Shown here in pieces: positions 42,117-53,466 of a DNA stretch of 64,000 bases. Numbering within the stretch: the first letter of the stretch is position 1; each line of letters opens with the position of its first letter. Source of the stretch: Desulfatiglandales bacterium (GTDB lineage: Bacteria > Desulfobacterota > DSM-4660 > Desulfatiglandales > Desulfatiglandaceae); NCBI GenBank assembly GCA_963662465.1, contig OY759599.1, positions 256,001 to 320,000 of the forward strand. The letters are read 5' to 3'. Under the pieces are notes generated by a model that saw nothing but the letters and a program-made list of their open reading frames with translations, was not told where the DNA came from and made no database searches. A program made the translations under genes and the position numbers.

Positions 42117-43796
42117 CAATACCCGTGAATGAATTGGCTTCACTTTTTCTGAGGCCAATCCTCAGTAAAGATAATCGTCAAAATAAAAAGAAATTCTATA
42201 TAAAAGCGAGAAAAAACGATCTAATAAGGCCATACGGCTGATTTTAGCGAATAATGCCGCAATACGGAGCGGGACATTCGCTTCATACTCGTTTAAACTC
42301 TGATGGGTTCATGTAAAGACCAACTAATCAGAAAACTTAGACGAGGATAGAGTCATGATCAAAAGGGTTTCAGAAATTTTTTCCAAAATTGAAAGTGATT
42401 TTGAGTTTGCTCCTTTTGAAAAAATTATTCAACCGATCATTGAGGATGCTCTCAAAGAACATCAGAAAGACAAATACAGGAAAGGCACGATTCTGACGCC
42501 GGTTGTTTTGGTTTGGCTATGCTTTGCATTAGCTTTGCGTCGAAACTTGAATTACGACAAAACTTTGAACTGGCTGGTCGCCGGTATGCGCTGGAAGGAT
42601 TTGGATTTCCATGGAAAATTTGTAAAAGCAGGCACGATTAGCCATGCTCGATCCAAAATGGGAATTGACGTCTTTCGTACCATTTTTTACAGATTTGCTT
42701 CGACTTTCAAAGACATTGAACCTCCTGATTTTCATGGAATGAGAACCGCTATGTTTGATGGTACCTCCTTGACAATGCCGGACACTGAAAGCAATTGGCA
42801 AAAGTTTGGAAAACACAACTCGGGAAGAGGCTACGGCGCATTCCCGCAAATGAGATTGGTTGCATTAATGGGTCTGACTGCCCGTCGAATTATAGATATT
42901 GCTTATGCTCCCTACAAAGGAAAAAAGACCGGCGAAAGAACCTTGATGTTTCAAATCCTGAAAAGATGTTCAATAGAAAGCGCATTATTGCTTTTTGATG
43001 CTGGATTTTACTCATTTGATTTGGCCAATTATATGTTCGAGAATGGGATTCAACACATTATGAAAATAGCAAAATCGGGAAAATTAAAACCAATTCCTGG
43101 TTCCCAAATGCTTGACGGCAGTTATCTGAGCAAAATTGACGGGAAAATCGTTGAATCGGAAGACCCGAAAACCGGCCGGAAAAAATGGAAAAAGGTTGAA
43201 ATAATCGTTCGTGTAATTCATTTCCAAATTCCAGGTTTTCGACCTGTACGTTTAATTACAAGCCTCTTGGATTCAGATATCAGCGCAAAAGAGATTGTCA
43301 CCCATTATCATAAGCGCTGGGATATAGAAATTGCTTTTGATGAAATTAAAACTCATCAGTGCGCTACTCTTAAAGGGCAAATGCCGACCATAATTCGTAG
43401 TAAACGCAGTGATTTGGTTGAACAGGAATTGTATTCAATAATGATCGTATACAATCTGATTCGCTCTTTGATCCAAGAAGCAACAAACATGGAAGGCGGT
43501 GATCCTTTGTTGATCAGTTTCGTAGATACTGTCGATCTTATCATACAAAGTGCCCCACTCATGAGTATGATAACGGGAAAGAGAAAAGAAAAGCGGTCTT
43601 TTCTGCTTAAAATGATCGCAGAATCAAAAATTGATAGACCACGCAGACCCAGACGTAATCCACGGGTCATAAAAGTAAAAATGTCTAATTTCAAACGAAA
43701 GCGTAGCAAGGATAAATCGCAAACCGTCCATTTCAATCAAGATGTGGAAGTCCTGTACAAAAAGGCAGCATGAACATCATTCATTCACGGGTATTG
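42117..43796 (+). mobile_element. IS4-family insertion sequence, intact
   Basis: 18-bp TIR CAATACCCGTGAATGAAT; 10-bp target duplication AGTTTAGGCC (42107-42116 and 43797-43806). Confidence 0.95.
42355..43773 (+). CDS. IS4-family transposase
   Basis: FDGT, FPQMR, LFDAGF and YHKRWDIEIAFDEIK motifs. Confidence 0.93.
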   Translation: MIKRVSEIFSKIESDFEFAPFEKIIQPIIEDALKEHQKDKYRKGTILTPVVLVWLCFALALRRNLNYDKTLNWLVAGMRWKDLDFHGKFVKAGTISHARSKMGIDVFRTIFYRFASTFKDIEPPDFHGMRTAMFDGTSLTMPDTESNWQKFGKHNSGRGYGAFPQMRLVALMGLTARRIIDIAYAPYKGKKTGERTLMFQILKRCSIESALLLFDAGFYSFDLANYMFENGIQHIMKIAKSGKLKPIPGSQMLDGSYLSKIDGKIVESEDPKTGRKKWKKVEIIVRVIHFQIPGFRPVRLITSLLDSDISAKEIVTHYHKRWDIEIAFDEIKTHQCATLKGQMPTIIRSKRSDLVEQELYSIMIVYNLIRSLIQEATNMEGGDPLLISFVDTVDLIIQSAPLMSMITGKRKEKRSFLLKMIAESKIDRPRRPRRNPRVIKVKMSNFKRKRSKDKSQTVHFNQDVEVLYKKAA

Positions 43797-43971
43797 AGTT
43801 TAGGCCTATGGAGGGTTATCTCCTAAATTTGGTGAGATAGCCATGGCATTTTTGATCGAAATGGCATAAAATCTTAAAGGCTGAGAAGGTTGTGCTGATT
43901 TTTACGCCCAATGCCCCTTTTGTCAAGGGTTACCGATATCATAACCTCTAATTTTTACAGGAGCGGAACAT

Positions 43972-45681
43972 TTGGAAAAACGCATACAAGGAAATGGTCC
44001 AAATATTAGAAACAATCATGGAATTTTGCCCCTTGACGGGGTCTTTTTGGATGATCTGCACCCCCTTTCAGGTGGAAAGGCTTTGGAGAGGGTTTTAAAT
44101 CACCCGGATCCTCCCCGTTTGATCCAAAGCATGAGCAGTGAGGATTTTTTATGGCTGGTCAAAAAGGTGGGTGTGGATGAATCTCTTGAATTGCTGGAAT
44201 TGGCTTCACTGGATCAATGGCAATATATTATTGATGTGGAATCGTGGGAAAAGGACCGTCTCGACCTGAACCGCACCGACCAATGGATGATGCGGTTGAC
44301 GATGGCGGATCCCGAGCGATTGGTGGAATGGCTGTATTCCGATGGGCAGGGCCTTGCTTACTATTACCTTTATCGAAGCATCGTGGTGGAAGCGATGGAA
44401 GGAAACGACCTTTATGACGTGGGCCCCGAATTTTTTACCATTGACGGGCTTTTCTACATTCGGGCACTGCGGGAAGACCAGCGGGGAACCATTGAAAAAC
44501 TGCTGCGAACCATGGCTGATAAGGACCTCCTCAAATACCATGCCCTTCTGATGGGTATGGCGGGGGTGCTGCCGGCGGAATCTGAAGAGGACATGTACCG
44601 CATGCGAAACATTCGTCTGGCGGAACACGGGTTTCTTCCCAGGGATGAGGCCATGGTGGTTTACGCTCCTCTGAAGCCGGAGCGCTTGAAAATGGATGCG
44701 CCAAGCGCTTCTGATCAGCCGGTTCCGGATGAAGATGACCTTGACCTTGTTCCCCGTTGGCCGCTTCAGTACATTCAGGGGGAAAACCTCTTGGCCAAAA
44801 CCATTGCAAGCCTTTCGGATGCAACGCTTTTGGATCGCATTCGCCTGGAGTTCGCCGGCCTTTGCAACCAGATCGTATCCGCTGAAGGTTTGGTGGACAG
44901 GGATGTGGATGATCTTCAGGAAATTCGCCTGCAAGCGGCCGGCTACTTGAATTTAATTTTAAAGGAGCGGTGCAGTGAAGATATTGTAACCGCCGAAAAG
45001 CTGTTAAGAATGAATTCTCTGTTGTCTCTGTTTCGCGCGGGTTTTGGTTTGGCCGTGGATTTGAAATGGAAAGCGGATCGGTGGTTAAAGACCTGCTGGT
45101 TTCACGAGGCCGGTTTTGAACCGTCCTTTTGGGGAGAGGAATGGGGCGGTATCCTCGAAGGTCTTTTGAAAAGGCTGCCCCTTTTCTATTGCGGAAGCGA
45201 GTCGGAGAATGGTTTCCGGCACTTTCAATCCTTATCGGAACTGTCATCCACCGCCGCGGTTCTGCGCCATCTGGATTGTTTGGACGGCCTCATGGCACGG
45301 TTGACAAAGCAACACCCTTTGGACGCTCCGGATTCCGGGCCCTTTGATTTAACCTTTTATCCGCTGCTTTTTACCTTGTGGGCCCGGCAACTGTTAGACA
45401 TGCGTCCCGGTTTTGATGCTATCTCCCTTGATCAGGCAAGAGCGTTTTTCTGCCTCCTCAGGGAAGGGGACACATCACCTCCCTACCGCATGTTCGGTTT
45501 CGAGGAACGGTTCCTGAAGGCCTTTGAAATGCCGAATTCGGGACCTGGGGACTGCCCTTCAGAAAATCTAAGAGAGGCCCTCTCCCTGGTCTGGCGTGAC
45601 TTCAGCAATGAAATGGGACAGGTGCCGACGGATGCCGTGGATGCGAAGTACAGCAAATATATTATGATTGCACCCAGTTGA
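43972..45681 (+). CDS. Conserved hypothetical protein (DUF6178-like)
   Basis: Long ORF; EEDMYRMRNIRLAEHGF motif recalled from deltaproteobacterial proteins. Confidence 0.65.
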   Translation: MEKRIQGNGPNIRNNHGILPLDGVFLDDLHPLSGGKALERVLNHPDPPRLIQSMSSEDFLWLVKKVGVDESLELLELASLDQWQYIIDVESWEKDRLDLNRTDQWMMRLTMADPERLVEWLYSDGQGLAYYYLYRSIVVEAMEGNDLYDVGPEFFTIDGLFYIRALREDQRGTIEKLLRTMADKDLLKYHALLMGMAGVLPAESEEDMYRMRNIRLAEHGFLPRDEAMVVYAPLKPERLKMDAPSASDQPVPDEDDLDLVPRWPLQYIQGENLLAKTIASLSDATLLDRIRLEFAGLCNQIVSAEGLVDRDVDDLQEIRLQAAGYLNLILKERCSEDIVTAEKLLRMNSLLSLFRAGFGLAVDLKWKADRWLKTCWFHEAGFEPSFWGEEWGGILEGLLKRLPLFYCGSESENGFRHFQSLSELSSTAAVLRHLDCLDGLMARLTKQHPLDAPDSGPFDLTFYPLLFTLWARQLLDMRPGFDAISLDQARAFFCLLREGDTSPPYRMFGFEERFLKAFEMPNSGPGDCPSENLREALSLVWRDFSNEMGQVPTDAVDAKYSKYIMIAPS

Positions 45682-45874
45682 CAATCTCCTGTTCCGAAAA
45701 ACAGCCGGTACGGGCTTTGCCCCAGAGCGAGAAGGTTTTTTCCGCCTGATAAGGTTTCAGGTGGGTATATCCGTCGTCCATGAATCGCTTTAAGGCGGAG
45801 ACCGGCAGGGAAGCACCTGCAACTTGAACGTTTTGGCCAACATTTTTTCCGGCAATCAGTTCTTCAATTTTCAT
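45662..45874 (-). CDS. Small hypothetical protein
   Basis: 70-aa ORF with a GGAGG RBS. Confidence 0.6.
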   Translation of the reverse strand: MKIEELIAGKNVGQNVQVAGASLPVSALKRFMDDGYTHLKPYQAEKTFSLWGKARTGCFSEQEIVNWVQS

Positions 45875-46022
45875 AAAAAAACCTCCCTGTTCTAAGTTGA
45901 AAGTATTGGCATTTGCTTACCATGAAAATAGAGCCATTAGCTGTTAGCTATTAGCCGTTAGTTTAAAAGCGGTAGATGTTATTTCCATCCGCGGGGGTGG
46001 TAAAACCTTTTATCATGGGTGT

Positions 46023-46406
46023 TTATTCTTCAATCGCGGCATCGTTTGTTTTGGCATGTTTTTCCAGAGTGCCCGCATCGTAACCGGCTTTTTCGTAATT
46101 GTCGATAGCCCGCATTTTCAGTTGGTTGTCCTTGATTTTTTCCGAATGGGTGTCAGCCAGTTCGGCCGCATGACTCCACATCCCTTCCTTCTCATAGGAA
46201 GCGATTTTTCGGTTGATGCGCACATGCTCTTCCGAAGGCTCCATAACGGCCGATCGGCACCAGGAGATGATTTTTCTGACGCCCTGTCCGCAGGCGGGGC
46301 AGTGGGTAAGGGGGGCTTCATTGATTCCCTGGATAAATTCAAATCCTCCCCGGCACTTTTCACAGCTTCCGGCAAAATCCAACGGTTCATATTCATATAT
46401 GGGCAT
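46023..46406 (-). CDS. FmdB-family zinc-ribbon protein
   Basis: MPIYEYE..CEKC...CPACG..VRKIIS. Confidence 0.85.
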   Translation of the reverse strand: MPIYEYEPLDFAGSCEKCRGGFEFIQGINEAPLTHCPACGQGVRKIISWCRSAVMEPSEEHVRINRKIASYEKEGMWSHAAELADTHSEKIKDNQLKMRAIDNYEKAGYDAGTLEKHAKTNDAAIEE

Positions 46407-46449
46407 GGTTGCAGCTTTCTTTTAGCGATCCTAAGTTACATAAAAAAGT

Positions 46450-48798
46450 TCACGGTATTTCAACCGATCTCCGCCATTGCGGTCCCTCTTGTGTATCGAT
46501 GACCTCAATCCCCATTTCTTCGATTTCCTTTCTCAGAATGTCGGCTTCGGACCAGTCTTTTCGGCTTCTGGCCAGTTCCCTTTTCGAAATGAGTGCGTCC
46601 ACTTCCGGATTCGCGGCGGGGGGCTTCAGATTTATAAACCCCAGGACCGAATTGATTCGCTTAAGGGCTGCCAGCAATTTTTCCCGGTCCGAAGGGGAAA
46701 GCCCTCTTTGATCCATCTTTTTGTTGACGATGCGGGTAAACCCGAAAAGGGCGGCCAGGCCCGCAGCCATGTTGAAGTCATCGTCCATGGCCGCCGCAAA
46801 CCCTTGCTTGAGGCCATAGATCGTCTGGTCAAGGTCGGGGTCCGTGGAGGCCGGTTTCGCAAAATGTATTTTTTGAACGAATTTGTCCAGATGAGCGATG
46901 GTATTTTTAACGGCGGAAAGCTTGGTATGGGAAAAAAAGATCGGTTTTCGATAGTGACGGCTGAGCAACCAGTATCGAATTTCTCTTCCCGTGTACCCTT
47001 CGGCCAGAAGGTCTCTAAGGGTCAGGTGAATGCTGTTTGATGCGTTGGGGCCGTTGAACATGACCGGTTCATTGTGAAGCCAGTAATTGGAAAGGGGCTT
47101 GTCGGTTGCGGCCTGGCTAATGGCGATGGCGTTTTCATGGTGGGGGAATGCCAGTGCGACCCCGCTGGTGTGGATGTCATGGGTGGAACCGAGGGTTTTG
47201 AGGGCAATGGCCGCACATTCAAGATGCCATCCCGGTCGCACATTTCCCCACTTTGTCTTAAAAAAGAGGCCGTTTTTCAGCTCATTGAGGGTGGATCTTT
47301 TCAGCAGGGTAAAATCTTTGGGGTTTTCTTTTTCGTATTGATCCAGGTCAACGGTTTTGCCGATTCTGATTTTATTGAGATCCACGTTGGAAAGTTTTCC
47401 ATAATTTTTGAAGCGGGAGATATCAAAGTATATGGACCGCAATTTTTCATAGGCATATCCCTTTTCAAGAAGCGTTTGGGTTAGTTCAATCATATCGTCC
47501 ACATGTTCGCTGGGCCTGGGATACTGGGACGCTTTTTTGATGTTGAGACTGTTTAGGTCTTCCATAAAGGAATTGTAAAACATATCGGTAAATTCCTTAA
47601 GTGAAACACCGGCCTTTTGAGCGCCTGAAATCGTGCGGTCATCCAGGTCCGTCACATTCATGATATGGGTGACGCCGTACCCTTTATAAGTCATGTAACG
47701 GCTGATCAAATCGGAAAAAAGCAGCCGCCTGCATTGTACGAGATCAATGACCTGGCAAAGGGTCGGGCCGCAAGAGTACAGGGTGACATGATTGTCTTTG
47801 ATGGGGATGAAATCCTCTTTTTTGCGGCTCATGGTATTGTACACCCGAAGCCCTGATTTTTTTCTGGCCATGAACAGGGGCGTGCTGAGGTATCTCTCTC
47901 CTCCGTCGGGCAAAATTACGATAATGCGGCCCCGTTCCATGTTCCGGGCGACCTTCAGGGCCACTGCCATGGCGGCCCCGGAACTCATTCCCACGAAAAT
48001 GCCTTCTTTCCGGGCCAGCATCCGAGAGGTCTCAAAGGCCTCTTCGTCTTCAATATTGATGATTTGGTCGGCTCTCTTTTTTTCAAATATCCCCGGCTGA
48101 TAGGACTCCTTCATGTTTTTGAGACCCTGAATTTTATGCCCCAGATAGGGTTCCACGCCGATGATCTGAACGGAAGTATCCAACTCCTTGAACCGCCTGG
48201 AAATGCCCATGAGAGTGCCGGTGGTTCCCATGGTGGCCACAATGGCATCCAAACGCCCCTCGGTTTGTTCCCATATTTCCATGGCCGTACCGTCATAATG
48301 GGCCATCCAGTTGGCCTCATTGTTAAACTGGTCGGCCAGCCAGAATTTTTCCGGGTTCTCACGGGCCAGGTTGTACACATGTTCAATGGCGCCGTCCGTT
48401 CCCAGATGCGCCGGGGTGAATTCTATTTCCGCGCCCAGGGCCGCAAGGATCTTGATGCGCTCTTCGCTGACCGCCTCCGACATGGTCAGCAGAATCTCGT
48501 ATCCCTTGACGGCGGCTACCATGGCCAGACCGATCCCCGTATTCCCACTGGTCGCTTCAAGAATGATTTTGCCTTTCTTCAGCGCCCCCGTTTTTTCGGC
48601 TTCTTCGATCATTTTCAAGGCTGGCCGGTCTTTGATGGAACCACCCGGGTTAACGCTCTCCAGTTTGGCCAGGATTTCAACATTTTCGTTGGCGCCAAGC
48701 CGGGTTATGGAAACCAGGGGGGTCTTGCCGATTTTGTCGAGAATATTATGGTATTGATGGGGCATGATTTTTTTCGCTTTCCGTCGTCGTAAAACCAT
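46450..48798 (-). CDS. Cysteine synthase (CysK/CysM) fused to a cysteinyl-tRNA synthetase-like domain
   Basis: NPGGSIKDR, ATSGNTG, GTTGT and GMSSG; then CGPT, NVTDLDD, GRPGWH-like VRPGWHLEC, FPHHEN, HYRKP and MDDDFN. Start probably ~48765. Confidence 0.9.
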   Translation of the reverse strand: MVLRRRKAKKIMPHQYHNILDKIGKTPLVSITRLGANENVEILAKLESVNPGGSIKDRPALKMIEEAEKTGALKKGKIILEATSGNTGIGLAMVAAVKGYEILLTMSEAVSEERIKILAALGAEIEFTPAHLGTDGAIEHVYNLARENPEKFWLADQFNNEANWMAHYDGTAMEIWEQTEGRLDAIVATMGTTGTLMGISRRFKELDTSVQIIGVEPYLGHKIQGLKNMKESYQPGIFEKKRADQIINIEDEEAFETSRMLARKEGIFVGMSSGAAMAVALKVARNMERGRIIVILPDGGERYLSTPLFMARKKSGLRVYNTMSRKKEDFIPIKDNHVTLYSCGPTLCQVIDLVQCRRLLFSDLISRYMTYKGYGVTHIMNVTDLDDRTISGAQKAGVSLKEFTDMFYNSFMEDLNSLNIKKASQYPRPSEHVDDMIELTQTLLEKGYAYEKLRSIYFDISRFKNYGKLSNVDLNKIRIGKTVDLDQYEKENPKDFTLLKRSTLNELKNGLFFKTKWGNVRPGWHLECAAIALKTLGSTHDIHTSGVALAFPHHENAIAISQAATDKPLSNYWLHNEPVMFNGPNASNSIHLTLRDLLAEGYTGREIRYWLLSRHYRKPIFFSHTKLSAVKNTIAHLDKFVQKIHFAKPASTDPDLDQTIYGLKQGFAAAMDDDFNMAAGLAALFGFTRIVNKKMDQRGLSPSDREKLLAALKRINSVLGFINLKPPAANPEVDALISKRELARSRKDWSEADILRKEIEEMGIEVIDTQEGPQWRRSVEIP

Positions 48799-48937
48799 TC
48801 GGCCCGGAGGCCTGGATTGTTGATAACTTCTTGACCCTCGCTTATCGTCTTGTTAATGTGTTGCTCGGTCTTTTTGGCTTTTCATCAATTAAAAAACGGA
48901 ATATGCAATCCTACTTGCGATGACAGGAGAATTCAAA

Positions 48938-49894
48938 ATGAAAATACTGGTTACCGGCGGGGCCGGGTTTATCGGTTCCAATGTGGTGGACGGGTACATT
49001 CGAGCCGGACACGAGGTTTTGATCCTGGATAATCTTTACACCGGAAAGCGGTCCAACGTCAACCCACAAGCGCGATTCTATGAATTTGATATTCGTTCTC
49101 CTGAAGCCGCCAGGGTCATTGAACAAGAAAAACCCGATATTTTGAATCACCATGCCGCCCAGATGAGTGTGCCGGCATCCGTTGTGGATCCCGGTTTTGA
49201 TGCGGATGTCAACATCAAGGGCTTTTTGAATCTTCTGGAGGCGTCGGTAAAATCAGGTGTCAAAAAGGTCATTTTCATCTCCTCCGGCGGCGCCATATAC
49301 GGGGAGGCGGATGAATATCCCACATCCGAGATTTATGTTCCAAAGCCGCTTTCCCCTTATGCCATCACAAAATTTTCGTCGGAACATTATCTGGCATACT
49401 ACCGGTACCAATATGGCCTTGATTATACCACCCTTCGGTATGCCAATGTCTACGGCCCCCGTCAGGTTCCCCATGGAGAGGCGGGTGTGGTGGCCATTTT
49501 CATGGACAACCTGGTGGAAGGAGCCCCATCCATGTTGAATCATTTCCCGGAAGACGACAGGGGCATGGTGCGGGATTATTGCTTTGTGGTCGACGTGGTC
49601 AGGGCCAATCTTGCGGCGTTGAACTGGGGCAGCGGCGATTTCTTCAATATTGGTACAGGGCGCGGAACCAAAACCCTTGACCTTTATGAAATAATTCTGA
49701 GTGCATTAGCGGATATGGGCAGGCCCGCGGCCAAGGAATTGTATGAAATGAAAAAACAGCTGGCTCGGCCCGGGGATTTGAAAAGAAGCTGTCTGACGAT
49801 TCAAAAGGCAGCCGATGTTTTGAATTGGCAGCCGAAGGTTCAGCTGAAGGAGGGTATTCGTGAAACCCTACAATGGCGTCTGAACCGAAGTTGA
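48938..49894 (+). CDS. NAD-dependent epimerase (UDP-glucose 4-epimerase-like)
   Basis: TGGAGFIG, YAITK and RYANVYGPRQ motifs. Confidence 0.9.
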   Translation: MKILVTGGAGFIGSNVVDGYIRAGHEVLILDNLYTGKRSNVNPQARFYEFDIRSPEAARVIEQEKPDILNHHAAQMSVPASVVDPGFDADVNIKGFLNLLEASVKSGVKKVIFISSGGAIYGEADEYPTSEIYVPKPLSPYAITKFSSEHYLAYYRYQYGLDYTTLRYANVYGPRQVPHGEAGVVAIFMDNLVEGAPSMLNHFPEDDRGMVRDYCFVVDVVRANLAALNWGSGDFFNIGTGRGTKTLDLYEIILSALADMGRPAAKELYEMKKQLARPGDLKRSCLTIQKAADVLNWQPKVQLKEGIRETLQWRLNRS

Positions 49895-50072
49895 CCTAGG
49901 CGCTGAGTTCCCTTTCCATAATTTGTCCTGCCATGTTTTTTGGTCCTTGCCCTTGACATTCCCGGGGTCGATATTAATTTTCTGTGCAATGAGACCTACG
50001 ACTGCAACGCTTCATTTTTATTGCAATGTCAAGGGTCTCAAGAGATTTTCCTCTACCCATTTCAAAACAAAG

Positions 50073-50207
50073 GACCACGCAACCTTCGTCTGTTGACTTG
50101 TACCATGTCGCCTGGCGGAAGTATTCTGGAGGTCATTCACCGTTATCCGGCCGGGAGGAAATGAACAGGGTTGCCTGGAGGCGTTCAGGCGAGAGGATGT
50201 AGGGTTT
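50073..50207 (+). ncRNA. Possible structured RNA or leader upstream of groES
   Basis: 5' ACCACGCAACCTTCGTCTG pairs with 3' CAGGCGAGAGGATGTAGGGT, followed by a T-run. Confidence 0.3.
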
Positions 50208-50268
50208 TTTTTGGTGAACCATATGGCGTTTATGCAAAAACACACTATTTGATGAGGAGAAAAGAGAA

Positions 50269-50556
50269 ATGAAAGTAAAACCGTTGCATGACCGTGTTAT
50301 CGTAAAGAGAATTGAGGAAGAAGCAAAGACCAAGGGTGGCATTATTATTCCCGATACGGCCAAGGAAAAACCCGTTGAAGGCGTTATTTTGGCTGTCGGT
50401 GATGGGAAAGTGTCGGATGAGGGAAAGAAAATCGCCCTCGAAGTAAAGGTAGGCGACAAGGTTTTGTTTGGAAAGTATGCCGGTACGGAGATTCAGATCG
50501 ATGGGGAAGAACATCTGATCATGAGAGAAGACGATATCATTGCTGTCATAGAGTAG
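50269..50556 (+). CDS. groES: Co-chaperonin GroES
   Basis: [22 protein letters not shown]. Confidence 0.98.
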   Translation: MKVKPLHDRVIVKRIEEEAKTKGGIIIPDTAKEKPVEGVILAVGDGKVSDEGKKIALEVKVGDKVLFGKYAGTEIQIDGEEHLIMREDDIIAVIE

Positions 50557-50634
50557 ATATTTTCGAAAGCCTACTCCTAAATTTGGCGTAATAGCAGGAC
50601 CTTTAAAAATAATTTTCAAAGAGGAGAACTATAG

Positions 50635-52290
<1,656 letters not shown>

Positions 52291-52342
52291 ACAGCCATTC
52301 CATCGGCTCAAAGGTCCACACGGATTTTTGATGTATAAGATT

Positions 52343-52379
52343 GCGCCCGGGGAGATTTTTCCCCGGGCGCTTTTTTTTT
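52343..52379 (+). terminator. Rho-independent terminator after groEL
   Basis: GCGCCCGGGGA...TCCCCGGGCGC hairpin followed by T9. Confidence 0.9.
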
Positions 52380-52497
52380 GCGCAAACGCGACGACGGCAA
52401 ACCCTATTCCGGGTTATCCGGCTTAAGGGGGTTTACTTATTACGCTATTTGCACTAAAAGTAGGAAGAAACGTAAACTTTTGAAGGAAAAGGCGGCT

Positions 52498-53466
52498 ATG
52501 GCATTTGAGGATCAAACGGTTTTGGTAACGGGTTCCGCGGGGTTTATCGGTTTCCATCTCTCTAGAAAACTGCTGGAAATGGGATATCATGTGGTGGGCG
52601 TGGACAACCTGAATCCCTATTATGATGTAAGCTTGAAAAAGGCACGGTTGAATTTGTTGATGCCCCATGATAATTTCCGGTTTTTCAAAGTGGACATCCA
52701 TGACCTCCAGGCCATGCGCCAGGTTTTCAGTCAACATAAAATCACCCGTATCTGCAATCTGGCGGCCCAGGCCGGGGTCAGATATTCCCTGAAAGATCCT
52801 TTTTCCTACCAGAAAAGCAATATAGAAGGGTTTTTGAACCTTCTTGAATTGGCTCGGGAGTTTCGGGTGGAAAATTTCGTTTACGCCTCTTCATCTTCCG
52901 TATATGGAAAAAACAAGAAGAATCCCTACCGCGTGGAAGACCGGGTCGATAATCCCATCAGTCTCTATGCGGCTACGAAAAAGGCCAATGAACTCATGGC
53001 CCATGCGTATAGTCACCTATTTGACATTCCCTGCACGGGTCTCAGGTATTTTACCGTATATGGTCCATGGGGTCGTCCCGATATGGCGCTTTTCCTTTTT
53101 ACGGATGCGATCCTGAATAACCGCCCCATCAATGTTTTCAACCATGGCAATATGCGGCGTGATTTTACTTATATTGATGATATCGTGGCGGGTACGGTGA
53201 GCGCTATTGAGCGGCCGGTCCCATACGAAATTTTTAACCTGGGCAACGCCGATTCAACGGCGTTGATGGATTTCATTCAGGTGATCGAGGCGGAACTGGG
53301 GCGGAAAGCGGAAAAAAACATGCTGCCCATGCAGCCGGGGGATGTCGCGGAAACGTCCGCCGACATTGCTAAATCCAGAGAACTGCTCGGGTTTAATCCC
53401 AAAACGCCCCTGAAAGAGGGGATCAGGGCGTTCATGGCCTGGTATCGGGAATACTACGGGGTCTAA
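52498..53466 (+). CDS. NAD-dependent epimerase (UDP-glucuronate 4-epimerase-like)
   Basis: TGSAGFIG, AAQAGVRYS, YAATKK and YGPWGRPDMA motifs. Confidence 0.92.
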   Translation: MAFEDQTVLVTGSAGFIGFHLSRKLLEMGYHVVGVDNLNPYYDVSLKKARLNLLMPHDNFRFFKVDIHDLQAMRQVFSQHKITRICNLAAQAGVRYSLKDPFSYQKSNIEGFLNLLELAREFRVENFVYASSSSVYGKNKKNPYRVEDRVDNPISLYAATKKANELMAHAYSHLFDIPCTGLRYFTVYGPWGRPDMALFLFTDAILNNRPINVFNHGNMRRDFTYIDDIVAGTVSAIERPVPYEIFNLGNADSTALMDFIQVIEAELGRKAEKNMLPMQPGDVAETSADIAKSRELLGFNPKTPLKEGIRAFMAWYREYYGV

